In this document: one piece after another, positions 26,200 through 42,200 of the stretch | Layout of the letters: each line of letters begins with the position of its first letter | Numbering within the stretch: position 1 is the stretch's first letter | NCBI GenBank assembly: GCA_964016885.1 | Contig: OZ024742.1 | Coordinates: 162,502,001-162,566,000, forward strand | Reading direction: 5' to 3' | Source: Eledone cirrhosa | Taxonomy: Eukaryota | Length of the DNA: 64,000 nt | Translations under genes and position numbers: made by a program | Notes under the pieces: model-generated | What the model was told of the DNA's origin: nothing | Databases searched by the model: none | What the model saw: only the letters and a program-made list of their open reading frames with translations

Positions 26200-29100
26200 C
26201 CTAACATAAGTAACCGCACCCAACCAACATAGGTAATGGCACTCTCCCAACATAGGTAACGGCACTCTCCTAACATATGTAACGGCACCGTCCTAACATA
26301 GGTAACGGCACCCTTCCAACATAGGTAAAGGCACCCTCGTCACATAGCTAACGGCACTCTCCCAACATAGGTAATGGCACCCTCCCAACATAGGTAATGG
26401 CACCCTCCTAACATAGGTAATGGCACTCTCCCAACATAGGTAATGGCACCCTCCTAACATAGGTAATGGCACCCTCGTAACATAGCTAACGACACTCTCC
26501 CAACATAGGTAATGGCACTCTCCCAACATAGGTAACGGCACCCTCCCAACATAGGTAACGGCACCCTTCTAACATAGGTAACGGCACCCACCCAACATAG
26601 GTAACGGCACCCTTACAACATAGGTAATGGCACCCTCCTAACATAGGTAATGGCATCCTTCCAACATAGGTAAAAGCACCCTCCCAACATAGGTAACGGC
26701 ACTCTCCTAACATAGGTAATGGCACCCTCCTAACATAGGTAACGGCACCCTCCCAACATAGGAAACGGCACTCTCCCAACATAGGTAACGGCACCCTCCC
26801 AACATAGGTAACCGCACCATCCTAACATAGGTAATGGCAGCCTCCTAACATAGCTAACGGCACCCTTCCAACATAGGTAATGGCATCCTCCTAACATAAG
26901 TAACCGCACCCTCCCAACATAGGTAATGGCACTCTCCCAACATAGGTAACTGCACTCTCCTAACATATGTAACGGCACCGTCCTAACATAGGTAACGGCA
27001 CCCTTCCAACATAGGTAAAGGCACCCTCGTCACATAGCTAACGGCACTCTCCCAACATAGGTAATGGCACTCTCACAACATAGGTAACGGCACCCTCCCA
27101 ACATAGGTAACGGCACCCTCCTAACATAGGTAACGGCACCCTCCCAACATAGGTAACGGCACTCTCCCAACATAGGTAACGGCACCCTCGCAACATAGGT
27201 AACGGCACCCTCCAAACATAGGTAATGGCACCCTCGTAACATAGCTAACGACACTCTCCCAACATAGGTAATGGCACTCTCCCAACATAGGTAAAGGCAC
27301 CCTTCCATCATAGGTAATGGCACTCGCCCAGCATATGTAACGGCACCATCCCAACATAGGTAACGGCACCCTCCTAACATAGGTAATGGCACTCTCCCAA
27401 CATAGGTAACGGCACCTTCTTAACATAGGTAATGGCACCCTCCTAACATAGGTAACGGCACCCTCCTAACATAGGTAACGGCACCCTCCTAACATAGGTA
27501 ATGGCATTCTCCCAACATAGGTAATGGCACCCTCCTAACATAGGTAAAGGCACCCTTCCAACATAGGTAATGGCACCTTCCTAACATAGGTGACGGCACT
27601 CTTCCAACAAAGATAACGGTACCCTTACAACCCAGGGGATGGCACTCTCCTAACATAGGTAGCGGCACCCTCCCAACATAGGTAATGGCACTCTCCCAAC
27701 ATAGGTAAAGGCACCCTCCTAACATAGGTAATGGCACTCTCCAATCATAGGTAACGGCACTCTCCCAACATAGGTAACGGCTCCCTTCCATCATAGGTAA
27801 TGGCACCCTCCCAACATAGGTAACGGCACCCTCCTAACATAGGTAACGGCACCCTCCCAACATAGTTAATGGCACTCTCCCAACATAGGTAACTGCAGTA
27901 TCCCAACAAAGGTAACGGCACACTCCCAACATAGGTAACGGCACTCTACTAACATAGGTAACTGCACCCTCCTAACAGAGGTAACGGCACCCTTCCAACA
28001 TAGTTCAATGGCACCCTCCTAACATAAGTAACGGCACCCTCCCAACATAGGTAACGGCACCCCCCAACATAGGTAACGGCACTCTCCCAACATGGTTAAT
28101 GGCACCCTCCTTACATAGGTAACGGCACTCTTCCAATATAGGTAATGGCACTCTCCCAACATAGGTTATGGCACCCTCCTAACGTAGGTAACGGAACCCT
28201 TCCAACATAGGTAATTGCACCCTCCTAATATAGGTAACGGCACCCTCCCAAATGGGTAATGGCACTCTCCCAACATAGGTAACGGCACCCACCCAACATA
28301 GGTAACGGCACCCTCCCAACATAGGTAGCGGAATTCTCCCAAAATAGGTAATGGCACTCTCCCAACATAGGTAACGGCACCCTCCTGACATAGGTAACGG
28401 CACCCTCCTAACATACGTAACGGCACCTTTCCAACATAGGTAATGCCACCTCGTAACATAGCTAACGGCACTCTCCTAACATACGTAACGGCACCCTTCC
28501 AACATAGGTAATGGCACCCTCGTAACAGCTAACGGCACCCTTCTGTCATAGGTAACGGCACCCACCCAACATAGGTAACGGAACCCTTATAACATAGGTA
28601 ATGGCACTCTCCTAACATAGGTAACGGCACCCTCCCAACATAGGTAACGGCACTCTCCCAACATAGGTAACGGCACCCTCCCAACATAGGTAACGGCACC
28701 CTCCTAACATAGGTAATGGCACTCTCCCAACATAGGAAATGGCACCCTCCTAACATAGGTAATGGCACCCTTCCAATATAGGTAATGGCATCCTCCTAAC
28801 GTAGATAATGGTACTTTCCCAACATAGGTAACGGCACTGTTCCAGCATAGGTAATGGCACCCTTCTAATATAGGTAACGGCACCTTCACAACGTAGGTAA
28901 CGGCACCCTCCTAACATAGGTAATGGTATCCTTCCAACATAGCTAAAGGCACCCTCCCAACATAGGTAACGGCACTCTCCTAACATAGGTAATGGCACTC
29001 TCCCAACATAGGTAACGGCCCCCTTCCTAACATAGGTAATGGCACTCGCCCAGCATATGTAACGGCACCATCCCAACATAGGTAACGGCACCCTCCTAAC

Positions 29101-31500
29101 ATAGGTAATGGCACTCTCCCAACATAGGTAACGGCACCTTCCTAACATAGGTACGGCACCCTCCTAACATAGGTAACGCACCCTTCCAACATAGGTAATG
29201 GCACCCTCGTAACATAGCTAACGGCACTCTCACAACATAGGTAATGGCACTCTCACAACATAGGTAACGGCACCTTTCTAACATAGGTAACGGCACCCTC
29301 CTAACATAGGTAATGGCATTCTCCCAACATAGGTAATGGCACCCTCCTAATATAGGTAAAGGCACCCTTCCAATATAGGTAATGACACCCTCCTAACATA
29401 GGTAACGGCACTCTCCCAACATAGGTAACCGCACTCTCCTAACATAGGTAATGGCACCCTCCTAATATAGGTAAAGGCACCCTTCCAACATAGGTAATGG
29501 CACCCTCCTAACATAGGTAACGGCACCCTCCCAACATAGGTAATGGTACTCTCCCAACATAGGTAATCGCACTCTCCTAACATAGGTAATAGCACCCTCC
29601 TAACATAGGTAACGGCACCCTCCCACCATAGGTAATGGCACTCTCCCAACATGGTTAATGGCACCCTCCTTAGATAGGTAACGGCACTCTTCCAATATAG
29701 GTAATGGCACCCTCCTAACCTAGGTAACGGCACCCTCCCAACATAGGTAATGGCACTCTCCCAACATAGGTAACGGCACCCTCCTAACGTAGGTAACGGA
29801 ACCCTTCCAAGATAGATAACGGCACTCTCCCAACATAGTTAACGGCACCCTCCCAACATAGGTAACGGCACCCTCCTAACATAGGTAATGGCACTCTCCC
29901 AACATAGGTAATGGCACCCTCCTAACATAGGTAATGGCACCCTTCCAATATAAGTAATGGCATCCTCCTAACGTAGGTAATGGTACTTTCCCAACATAGG
30001 TAACGGCACTCTCCTAGCATAGATAATGGCACTCTCCCAACATAGGTAACGGCCCCCTCCTAACATAGGTAATGGCACTCGCCCAACATATGTAACGGCA
30101 CCATCCCAACATAGGTAACGGCACCCTCCTAACATAGGTAACGACACCCTCCCAACATAGGTAACGGCACTCTCGCAACATAGGTAACGGCACCCTCCCA
30201 ACATAGGTAACGTCACCCTCCTAACATAGGTAATGGCACTCTCCCAAAATAGGTAATGGCAGCCTTCCAATATATGTAATGGCATCCTCCCAACATAGGT
30301 AACGGCAGCCTCATAACATAGGTAATGGCACTGTCCCGGCATATGTAACGGCACCCTCCTAACATAGGTAACGGCACCCTTCCAACATAGGTAACGGCAC
30401 TCTTCCAACATAGGTAACGGCACCCTTCCTACATAGGTAATGGCACCCTCCTAACATAGTTAACGGCACCCTTCCATCATAGGCAACGGCACCCTCCTAA
30501 CATAGGTAATGGCAGCCTCCTAACATAGGTAACGGCACCCTTCCAACATAGGTAATGGCACCCTCCTAACATAGGTAAAGGCACCCTCGTCACATAGCTA
30601 ACGGTACTCTCCCAACATAGGTAATGGCACTCTCACAACATAGGTAACGGCACCCTCCCAACATAGGTAACGGCACCTTCCTAACATAGGTAACGGCACC
30701 CTCCCAACATAGGTAACGGCACTCGCCCAGCATATGTAACGGCACCATCCCAACATAGGTAACGGCACCCTCCTCACATAGGTAATGGCACTCTCCCAAC
30801 ATAGGTAACGGCACCTTCTTAACATAGGTAATGGCACCCTCCTAACATAGGTAACGGCACCCTCCTAACATAGGTAACGGCACTCTCCCAACATAGGAAA
30901 CGGCACCCTTCCAACATAGGTAATGACACCCTCCTAACATAGGTAACGGCACCCTCCCAACATAGGTAATGGTACTCTCCCAACATAGGTAACGGCACTC
31001 TCCTAACATAGGTAACGGCACCCTCTCTAACATAGGTAATGGGACTCTCCTAACATAGGTGACGGCACTCTTCCAACAAAGGTAACGGTACCCTTACAAC
31101 CCAGGGGATGGCACTCTCTTAACATAGGTAGCGGCGCCCTCCCAACATAGGTAATGGCACTCTCCCAACATGGGTAAAGGCACCTTCCTACCATAGGTAA
31201 TGGCACTCTCTAATCATAGGTAACGGCACTCTCCCAACATAGGTAACGGCTCCCTTCCATCATGGGTAATGGCACCCTCCCAACATAGGTAACGGCACCC
31301 TCCTAACATAGGTAACGGCACCCTCCCAACATAGTTAATGGCACTCTCCCAACATAGGTAACTGCAGTATCCCAACAAAGGTAACGGCACACTCCCAACA
31401 TAGGTAACGGCACTCTACTAACATAGGTAACTGCACCCTTCTAACAGAGGTAACCGCACCCTTCCAACATAGTTTAATGGCACCCTCCTAACATAGGTAA
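26200..31500. repeat. Intra-array duplicated blocks (690-bp and ~3.47-kb offsets)
   Basis: GGCACCGTCCTAAC...CCCTCGTCACATAGC occurs at ~26284-26348 and ~26974-27038 (offset 690 = 30 x 23). TACAACCCAGGGGATGG occurs at ~27626 and ~31095. CTGCAGTATCCCAACAAAGG occurs at ~27893 and ~31362. Confidence 0.8.
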
Positions 31501-34500
31501 CGGCACCCTCCCAACATAGGTAATTGCACCCTCCTAATATAGGTAACGGCACCCTCCCAACATGGGTAATGGCACTCTCCCAACATAGGTAACGGCACCC
31601 ATCCAACATAGGTAACGCCACCCTCCCAACATAGGTAACGGAATTCTCCTAACATTTGTAATGGCACCCTCCTAACATATGTAACGGCACCAACCCAACA
31701 TAGGTAACGGCACCCTTCCAACATAGGTAATGACACCCTCTTAACACAAGTAACGGCACCCTCCCAAAATAGGTAATGGCACTCTACCAACATAGGTAAC
31801 GGCACTCTCCTAACATAGGTAACGGCACCCTCCTAACATACGTAACGGCACCTTTCCAACATAGGTAATGCCACCTCGTAACATAGCTAACGGCACTCTC
31901 CCAACATACGTAACGGCACCCTTCCAACATAGGTAATGGCACCCTCCTAACATAGATAACGACACCCTCCCAACATAGGTAACGGCACTCTCCCAACATA
32001 GGTAACGGCACCCTCCCAACATAGGTAACGTCACCCTCCTAACATAGGTAACGGCACTCTCCCAAAATAGGTAATGGCACCCTTCCAATATATGTAATGG
32101 CATCCTCCTAACATAGGTAATGTTACTTTCCCAACATAGGTAACTGCACCCTTATAACATAGGTAATGGCACCCTTCCAACATAGGTAACGGCACTCTTC
32201 CAACATAGGTAACGGCACCCTTCCATCATAGGTAATGGCACCCTCCTAACATAGGTAGCGGCACCCTCCCAACATAGGTAACGGCACCCTTCCAACATAG
32301 GTAATAGCACCCTCCTAACATAAGTAACGGCACCCTCCCAACATAGGTAATGGCACTCTACCAACATAGGTAACGGCAGTCTCCAAACATATGTAACGGC
32401 ACCCTCCTAACATAGGTAACGGCACCCGTCCAAAATAGGTAATGGCACCCTCGTAACATAGCTAACGGCACTCTCCCAACATAGGTAATAGCACTCACAC
32501 AACATAGGTAACGGCACCCTCCCTACATAGGTAACGGCACCCACCCATCATAGGTAACGGAACCCTTACAACATAGGTAATGGCACCCCCCTAACATCGG
32601 TAACGGCACCCTCCCAACATAGGTAACGGCACTCCCCCAACATAGGTAACGGCACCCTCCCAACATAGGTAACGGCACCCTCCTAACATAGGTAGTGGCA
32701 CCCTTCCAATATAGGTAATGGGATCCTCCTAACGTAGGTAATGTTAAATTCCCAACATAGGTAACGCCACCCTTCCAACATAGGTAATGGCACCCTCATA
32801 ACATAGGTAATGGCACTCTCCCAACATAGGTAACGGCACTCTCCTAACATAGGTAACGGCACCCTTCCAACATAGGTAATGGCACCCTCGTAACATAGCT
32901 AACGGCACCCTTCTGACATAGGTAACGGCACCCACCCAACATAGGTAACGGCACCCTTACAACATAGGTAATGGCACTCTCCTAACATAGGTAACGGCAC
33001 CCTCCCAACATAGGCAACGGCACTCTCCCAACATAGGTAACGGCACCCTCCCAACATAGGTAACGCACCCTCCTAACATAGGTAATGGCACCCTTCCAAT
33101 ATAGGTAATGGCATCCTCCTAACGTAGGTAATGGTACTTTCCCAACATAGGTAACGGCACCGTTCCAGCATAGATAATGGCACCCTTCTAATATAGGTAA
33201 CGGCACCTTCCCAACATAGGTAACGGCACCCTCCTAACATAGGTAATGGTATCCTTCCAACATAGGTAAAGGCACCCTCCCAACATAGGTAACGGCACTC
33301 TCCTAACATAGGTAATGGCACTCTCCCAACATAGGTAACGGCCCCCTTCCTAACATAGGTAATGGCACTCGCCCAGCATATGTAACGGCACCATCCCAAA
33401 ATAGGTAACGGCACCCTCCTAACATAGGTAATGGCACTCTCCCAACATAGGTAACGGCACCTTCCTAACATAGGTACGCCACCCTCCTAACTTAGGTAAC
33501 GGCACCCTTCCAACATAGGTAATGGCACCCTCGTAACATAGCTAACGGCACTCTCCCAACATAGGTAATGGCACTCTCACAACATAGGTAACGGCACCCT
33601 TCTAACATAGGTAACGGCACCCTCCTAACATAGTTAATGGCATTCTCCCAACATAGGTAATGGCACCCTCCTAATATAGGTAAAGGCACCCTTCCAATAT
33701 AGGTAATGGCACCCTCCTAACATAGGTAACGGCACTCTCCCAACATAGCAAACGGCACCCTTCCAACATAGGTAATGGCACCCTCCTAACATAGGTAACG
33801 GCACCCTCCCAACATAGGTAATGGTACTCTCCCAACATAGGTAACGGCACTCTCCTAACATAGGTAATGGCACTCACCCAACATAGGTAACGGCACCCTC
33901 CTAACATAGGTAACAACACCTTCCTAACATAGGTAATGGCACCCTCCCAACATAGGTAATGGCACTCTCCAATCATAGGTAACAGCACTCTCCCAACATG
34001 GGTAACGGCTCCTTCCATCATAGGTAATGGTACCCTCCCAACATAGGTAACAGCACCCTCCTAACATAGGTAACGGCACCCTCCCAACATAGTTAATGGC
34101 ACTCTCCCAACATAGGTAACTGCAGTCTCCCAACATAGGTAACGGCACCCTCCCAACATAGGTAACGGCACTCTAGTAACATAGGTAACTGCACCCTCCT
34201 AACAGAGGTAACGGCACCCTTCCAACATAGGTAATGGCACCCTCCTAACATAGGTAACGGCACCCTCTCACCATAGGTAATGGCACTCTCCCCACATGGT
34301 TAATGGCACCCTCCTTACATAGGTAACGGCACTCTTCCAATATAGGTAATGGCATCCTCCTAACGTAGGTAATGGTACTTTCCCAACATAGGTAACGGCA
34401 CTCTCCTAGCATAGATAATGGCACTCTCCCAACTTAGGTAAACGCCCCCCTCCTAACATAGGTAATGGCACTCGCCCAAAATATGTAACGGCACCATCCC

Positions 34501-37500
34501 AACATAGGTAACGGCACCTTCCTAACATAGGTACGGCACCCTCCTGACATAGCTAATGGCACTCTCCCGGCATATGTAACGGCACCCTCCTAACATAGGT
34601 AACGGCACCCTTCCAACATAGGTAATGGCACTCTCCCAACCTAGGTAACGGGACTCTTCCAACATAGGTAACGGCACCCTTCCATCATAGGTCATGGCAC
34701 TCTCCTAACATAGGTAATGGCACTCTCCCAACATAGATAACGTCACGCTCCCAACATAGGTAACGGCACCCTTCCATCATAGGTAACGGCAGCCTCCTAA
34801 CATAGGTAACGGCACTCTTCCAACATAGGTAATGGCACCCTTCTAACATAAGTAACGGCACCCTACCAACATAGGTAATGGCACTCTCCCAACATAGGTA
34901 ACGGCACTCTCCTAACGTAGGTAACAACACCTTCCTAACATAGGTAACGGCACCCTCCCAACATAGGTAATGGCTCCCTCGTAACATAGGTAACGGCACT
35001 CTCCCAACATAGGTAATGGCACTCTCACAACATACGTAACGGCACCCTTCTAACATAGGTAACGGCACCCACCCAACATAGGTAACGGCACCCTTACAAC
35101 ATAGGTAATGGCACCCTCCTAACATAGGTAACGGGACCATCCCAACATAGGTAATGGCACCCTCCTAACATAGGTAATGGCATTCTCCCAACATAGCTAA
35201 TGGCACCCTCCTAACATCGGTAACGGCACCCTCCCAACATAGGTAATGGTACTCTCCCAACATAGGTAACGGCACCCTCTCTAACATAGGTAATGGGACT
35301 CTTCTAACATAGGTGACGGCACTCTTCCAACAAAGGTAACGGCAACCTTACAACACAGGGAATGGCACCCTCCTTACATAGGTAACGGCACCCTTCCAAC
35401 ATAGGTAAAGGCACCCTCCTAACATAGGTAACGGCAGCCTCCTAACATAGGTAACGGCACCCTTCCAACATAGGTAATGGCACCCTCTTAACACAAGTAA
35501 CGGCACCCTCTCCCCATAGGTAATGGCACTCTCCCAACATAGGTAACGGGACTCTCCTAACATAGGTAACGGCACCCTCCCAACATATGTAACGGCACCC
35601 TTCCAACATAGGTAATGGCACCCTCATAATATAGGTAACGGCACCCTCCCAACATAGGTAATGGCACTCTCCCAACATAGGTTACGGCACCCTCCCAACA
35701 GAGGTAACGGCACCCTCCCAACATAGGTAACGGCATTCTCCTAACATAGGTAATGGCACCCTCCTAACATAGGTAATGGCACCCTCCTAACATAGGTAAT
35801 GGCGCCCTCCCAACATAGGTAACGGCACTCTCCTAACATAGATAACGGCACCTTCCTAAAATAGGTAATGGCACCCTTCCAACATAGGTAATGCCACCCT
35901 CCTAATATAGGTAACGGCACCCTCCCAACCAAGGTAACGGCACTCTCCCAACATAGGTAACGGCACCCTCCCAACATAGGTAACGGCACCCTCCTAACAT
36001 AGGTAATGGCACTCTCCCAACATAGGTAATGGCACCCTCCTAACATAGGTAATGGCACCCTTCCAATATAGGTAATGGCATCCTCCTAACGTAGGTAATG
36101 GTACTTTCCCAACATAGGTAAGGGCACCATTCCAGCATAGGTAATAGCACCCTCCTAACATAGGTAACGGCACCTTCTAAACATAGGTAACGGCACCCTC
36201 CTAATATAGGTAATGGCATCCTTCCAACATAGGTAAAGGCACCCTCCCAACATAGGTAACGGCACTCTCCTAACATAGGTAATGGCACTCTCCCAACATA
36301 GGTAACGGCCCCCTCCTAACATAGGTAACGGCACCTTCTAAACATAGGTAACGGCACCCTCCTAACATAGGTAATGGCATCCTTCCAACATAGGTAAAGG
36401 CACCCTCCCAACATAGGTAACGGCACTCTCCTAACATAGGTAATGGCACTCTCCCAACATAGGTAACGGCCCCCTCCTAACATAGGTAATGGCACTCTCC
36501 CAACATAGGTAATGGCACCCTCCTAACATAGGTAATGGCACCCTTCCAATATAGGTAACGGCATCATCCTAACGTAGGTAACGGCACCCTCCTAACATAA
36601 GTAATGGCACTCTCCCAACATAGGTAACGGCACTCTTCCAACATATGTAACGGCACTCATCAATCATAGGTAATGGCACCCTCCTAACATAGGTAACGGC
36701 ACCCTCCCAACACAGGTAACGGCACGCTCCCAACATAGGCAACGGCACCCTCCCAACATAGGTAACGGCACCCTCCTAACACAGGTAAGGGCAGCCTCCT
36801 AACATAGGTAACGGCACCCTTCTAACATAAGTAACGGCACCCTCCCAACATAGGTAATGGAACTCTCCCAACATAGGTAACGGCACTCTCCTAACATAGG
36901 TAAAGGCACCCTCCTAACATAGGTAACGGCACCCTTCCAACATAGGTAATGGCACTCTCGTAACATAGCTAACGGCACTCTCCCAACATAGGTAATGGCA
37001 CTCTCACAACATAGGTAACGGCACGCTTCTAACATAGGTAACGGCACCCACCCAACATAGGTAATGGCACCCTTACAACATAGGTAATGGCACCCTCCTA
37101 ACATAGGTAACGGCACCCTCCCAACATAGGTAACGGCACCCTCCTAACATAGGTAATGGCATTCTCCCAACATAGGTAACGGCACCCTCCCAACATAGGT
37201 AATGGCACTCTCCGATCTTAGGTAACGGCACTCTCCCAACATAGGTTACGGCTCCCTTCCATCATAGGTAATGGTACCCTCCCAACATAGGTAACGGCAC
37301 TCTACTAACATAGGTAACTGCACCCTCCTAACAGAGGTAACGGCACCCTTCCAACATAGGTAATGGCACCCTCCTAACATAGGTAACGGCACACTCCCAA
37401 CAGAGGTAACGGCACCCTCCTAACATAGGTAATGGCATTCTCCCAACATAGGTAATGGCACCCTCCTAACATAGGTAAAGGCACCCTTCCAATATAGGTA

Positions 37501-38349
37501 ATGGCACCCTCCTAACATAGGTAACGGCACTCTCCTAACATAGGAAACGGCACCCTTCCAACATAGGTAATGGCACCCTCCTAATATAGGTAAAGGCACC
37601 CTTCCAATATAGGTAATGGCACCCTCCTAACATAGGTAACGGCACTCTCCTAACATAGGAAACAGCACCCTTCCAACATAGGTAATGGCACCCTCCTAAC
37701 ATAGGTAACGGCACCCTCCCAACATAGGTAATGGTATTCTCCCAACATAGGTAACGGCTCACTTCCATCATAGGTAATGGCACCCTCCCAACATAGGTAA
37801 CGGCACCCTCCTAACATAGGAAACGGCACCCTTCCAACATAGGTAATGGCACCCTCCTAATATAGGTAAAGGCACCCTTCCAATATAGGTAATGGGACTC
37901 TCCTAACATAGGTGACACCACTCTAACAACAAAGGTAACAGCACCCTTACAACACAGGGAATGGCACTCTCCTAACTTAGGTAGCGACACCCTCCCACCA
38001 TAGGTAATGGCACTCTCCCAACATAGGTAACGGCTCACTTCCATCATAGGTAATGGCACCCTCCCAACATAGGTAACGGCACCCTCCTAACATAGGTAAC
38101 GGCACCCTCCCAACATAGTTAATAGCACTCTCCCAACATAGGTAACTGCAGTCTCCCAACATGGGTAACGGCACCCTCCCAACATAGGTAACGGCACTCT
38201 ACTAACATAGGTAACTGCACCCTCCTAACAGAGGTAACGGCACCCTTCCAACATAGGTAATGGCACCCTCCTAACATAGGTAACGGCACCCTCCCAACAT
38301 AGGTAACGGCACCCTCCCACCATAGGTAACGGCACTCTTCCAATATAGG

Positions 38350-39250
38350 TAATGGCACCCTCCTAACCTAGGTAACGGCACCCTCCCAACATAGGTAATG
38401 GCACTCTCTCAACATAGGTAACGGCACCCTCCAAACGTAGGTAACGGAACCCTTCTAACATAGGTAATGTCACCCTCATAATATAGGTAACGGCACCCTC
38501 CCAACATAGGTAATGGCACTCTCCCAACATGGTTAATGGCAGCCTCCTTACATAGGTAACGGCACTCTTCCAATATAGGTAATGGCACCCTCCTAACCTA
38601 GGTAACGGCACCCTCCCAACATTGGTAATGGCACTCTCCCAACATAGGTAACGGCACCCTCTCAACAGAGGTAACGGCACCCTCCCAACATAGGTAACGG
38701 CATTCTCCTAACATAGGTAATGGCACCCTCCTAAGATAGGTAATGGCACCCTCCTAACCTAGGTAACGGCACCCTCCCAACATAGGTAATGGCACTCTCT
38801 CAACATAGGTAACGGCACCCTCCAAACGTAGGTAACGGAACCCTTCTAACATAGGTAATGTCACCCTCATAATATAGGTAACGGCACCCTCCCAACATAG
38901 GTAATGGCACTCTCCCAACATGGTTAATGGCAGCCTCCTTACATAGGTAACGGCACTCTTCCAATATAGGTAATGGCACCCTCCTAACCTAGGTAACGGC
39001 ACCCTCCCAACATAGGTAATGGCACTCTCTCAACATAGGTAACGGCACCCTCCAAACGTAGGTAACGGAACCCTTCTAACATAGGTAATGTCACCCTCAT
39101 AATATAGGTAACGGCACCCTCCCAACATAGGTAATGGCACTCTCCCAACATAGGTAACGGCACCCTCTCAACAGAGGTAACGGCACCCTCCCAACATAGG
39201 TAACGGCATTCTCCTAACATAGGTAATGGAACCCTCCTAAGATAGGTAAT
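38350..39250. repeat. Nested sub-repeat in HOR copy 1: 3 copies of a marked module, spacings 391 bp (17 monomers) and 230 bp (10 monomers)
   Basis: The marker CCAAACGTAGGTAACGGAACCCTTCTAACATAGGTAATGTCACCCTCATAATAT occurs at ~38431, ~38822 and ~39052. ORF left coordinates are 38363, 38754 and 38984. Confidence 0.88.
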
Positions 39251-42200
39251 GGCACCCTCCTAAAATAGGTAATGGCACCCTCCCAACATAGGTAACGGCA
39301 CTCTCCTAACATAGATAACGGCACCTTCCTAAAAAAGGTAACGGCACTCTTCCAATATAGGTAATGGCATCCTCCTAACGTAGGTAATGGTACTTTCCCA
39401 ACATAGATAACGGCACCGTTCCAGCATAGGTAATGGCACCCTTCTTATATAGGTAACGGCACCTTCCCAACATAGGTAACGGCACCCTCCTAACATAGGT
39501 AATGGTATCCTTCCAAAATAGGTAAAGGCACCCTCCCAACATAGGTAATGGCACTCTCCCAACATAGGTAACGGCCCCCTTCCTAACATAGGTAATGGCA
39601 CTCGCCCAGCATATGTAACGGCACCATCCCAACATAGGTAACGGCACCCTCCTAACATAGGTAATGGCACTCTCCCAACATAGGTAACGGCACCTTCCTA
39701 ACATAGGTACGGCACCCTCCTAACATAGGTAACGGCACCCTTCCAACATAGGTAATGGCACCCTCGTAACATAGCTAACGGCACTCTCCCAACATAGGTA
39801 ATGGCACTCTCACAACATAGGAAACGGCACCCTTCTAACATAGGTAACGGCACCCTCCTAACATAGGTAATGGCATTCTCCCAACATAGGTAATGGCACC
39901 CTCCTAATATAGGTAAAGGCACCCTTCCAATATAGGTAATGGCACCCTCCTAACATAGGTAACGGCACTCTCTCAACATAGGAAACGGCACCCTTCCATC
40001 ATAGGTAATGGCACCCTCCTAACATAGGTAACAGCACCCTCCCAACATAGGTAATGGTACTCTCCCAACATAGGTAACGGCACTCTCCTAACATAGGTAA
40101 TGGCACTCTCCAATCATAGGTAACGGCACTCTCCCAACATAGGTAACGGCTCCCTTCCATCATAGGTAATGGCACCCTCCCAACATAGGTAACGGCACCC
40201 TCCTAACATAGGTAACGGCACCCTCCCAACATAGTTAATGGCACTCTCCCAACTTAGATAACTGCAGTCTCCCAACAGAGGTAACGGCACCCTCCCAACA
40301 TAGGTAACGGCACCCTCCTAACATAGGTAATGGCACTCTCCCAACATGGTTAATGGCACCCTCCTTACATAGGTAACGGCACTCTTCCAATATAGGTAAT
40401 GGCACCCTCCTAACCTAGGTAACGGCACCCTCCCAACATAGGTAATGGCACTCTCCCAACATAGGTAACGGCACCCTCCTAACGTAGGTAACGGAACTCT
40501 TCCAACATAGGTAACGGCACTCTCCCAACATAGGTAACGGCACCCTCCCAACATAGGTAACGGCACCCTCCTAACATAGGTAATGGCACTCTCCCAACAT
40601 AGGTAATGGCACCCTCCTAACATAGGTAATGGCACCCTTCCAATATAGGTAATGGCATCCTCCTAACGTAGGTAATGGTACTTTCCCAACATAGGTAACG
40701 GCACTCTCCTCGCATAGATAATGGCACTCTCCCAACATAGGTAACGGCCCCCCTCCTAACATAGGTAATGGCACTCGCCCAACATATGTAACGGCACCAT
40801 CCCAACATAGGTAACGGCACCCTCCTAACATAGGTAATGGCACTCTCCCAACGTACGTAACGGCACCTTCCTAACATAGGAACGGCACCCTCCTAACATA
40901 GCTAATGGCACTCTCCCGGCATATGTAACGGCACCCTCCTAACATAGGTAACGGCACCCTTCCAACATAGGTAATGGCACTCTCCCAACATAGGTAACGG
41001 CACTCTTCCATCATAGGTAACGGCACCCTTCCATCATAGGTAATGGCAGCCTCCTAACATAGGTAATGGCAGCCTACTAACATAGATAACGGCACTCTTC
41101 CAACATAGGTAATGGCACCCTCCTAACATAGGTAATGGCATTCTCCCAACATAGGTAACGGCACCCTCCCAACATAGGTAATGGTACTCTCCCAACATAG
41201 GTAACGGCACTCTCCTAACATAGGTAAAGGCACCCTGTCAAACATAGGTAAAGGGACTCTCCTAACATAGGTGACGGCACTCTTCCAACAAAGGTAACAA
41301 CACCTTCCTAACATAGGTAACGGCACCCTCTCAACATAGGTAATGGCACTCTCCGATCTTAGGTAACGGCACTCTCCCAACATAGGTTACGGCTCCCTTC
41401 CATCATAGGTAATGGTACCCTCTCAACATAGGTAACGGCACCCTTCTAACATAGGTAACGGCACCCTCCCAACATAGTTAATGGCACTCTCCCAACATAG
41501 GTAACTGCAGTCTCCCAACATAGGTAACGGCACCCTCCCAACATAGGTAACGGCACTCTACTAACATAGGTAACTGCACCCTCCTAACAGAGGTAACGGC
41601 ACCCTTCCAACATAGGTAATGGCACCCTCCTAACATAGGTAACGGCACACTCCCAACAGAGGTAACGGCACCCTCCCACCATAGGTAACGGCACTCTCCC
41701 ATCATGGTTAATGGCACCCTCCTTACATAGGTAACGGCACTCTTCCAATATAGGTAATGTCACCCCCCTAACCTAGATAACGACACCCTCCCAACATAGG
41801 TAACGGCACCCTCCTAACATAGGTAATGGCATTCTCCCAACATAGGTAATGGCACCCTCCTAACATAGGTAAAGGCACCCTTCCAATATAGGTAATGGCA
41901 CCCTCCTAACATAGGTAACGGCACTCTCCTAACATAGGAAACGGCACCCTTCCAACATAGGTAATGGCACCCTCCTAATATAGGTAAAGGCACCCTTCCA
42001 ATATAGGTAATGGCACCCTCCTAACATAGGTAACGGCACTCTCCTAACATAGGAAACAGCACCCTTCCAACATAGGTAATGGCACCCTCCTAACATAGGT
42101 AACGGCACCCTCCCAACATAGGTAATGGTACTCTCCCAACATAGGTAACGGCTCACTTCCATCATAGGTAATGGCACCCTCCCAACATAGGTAACGGCAC

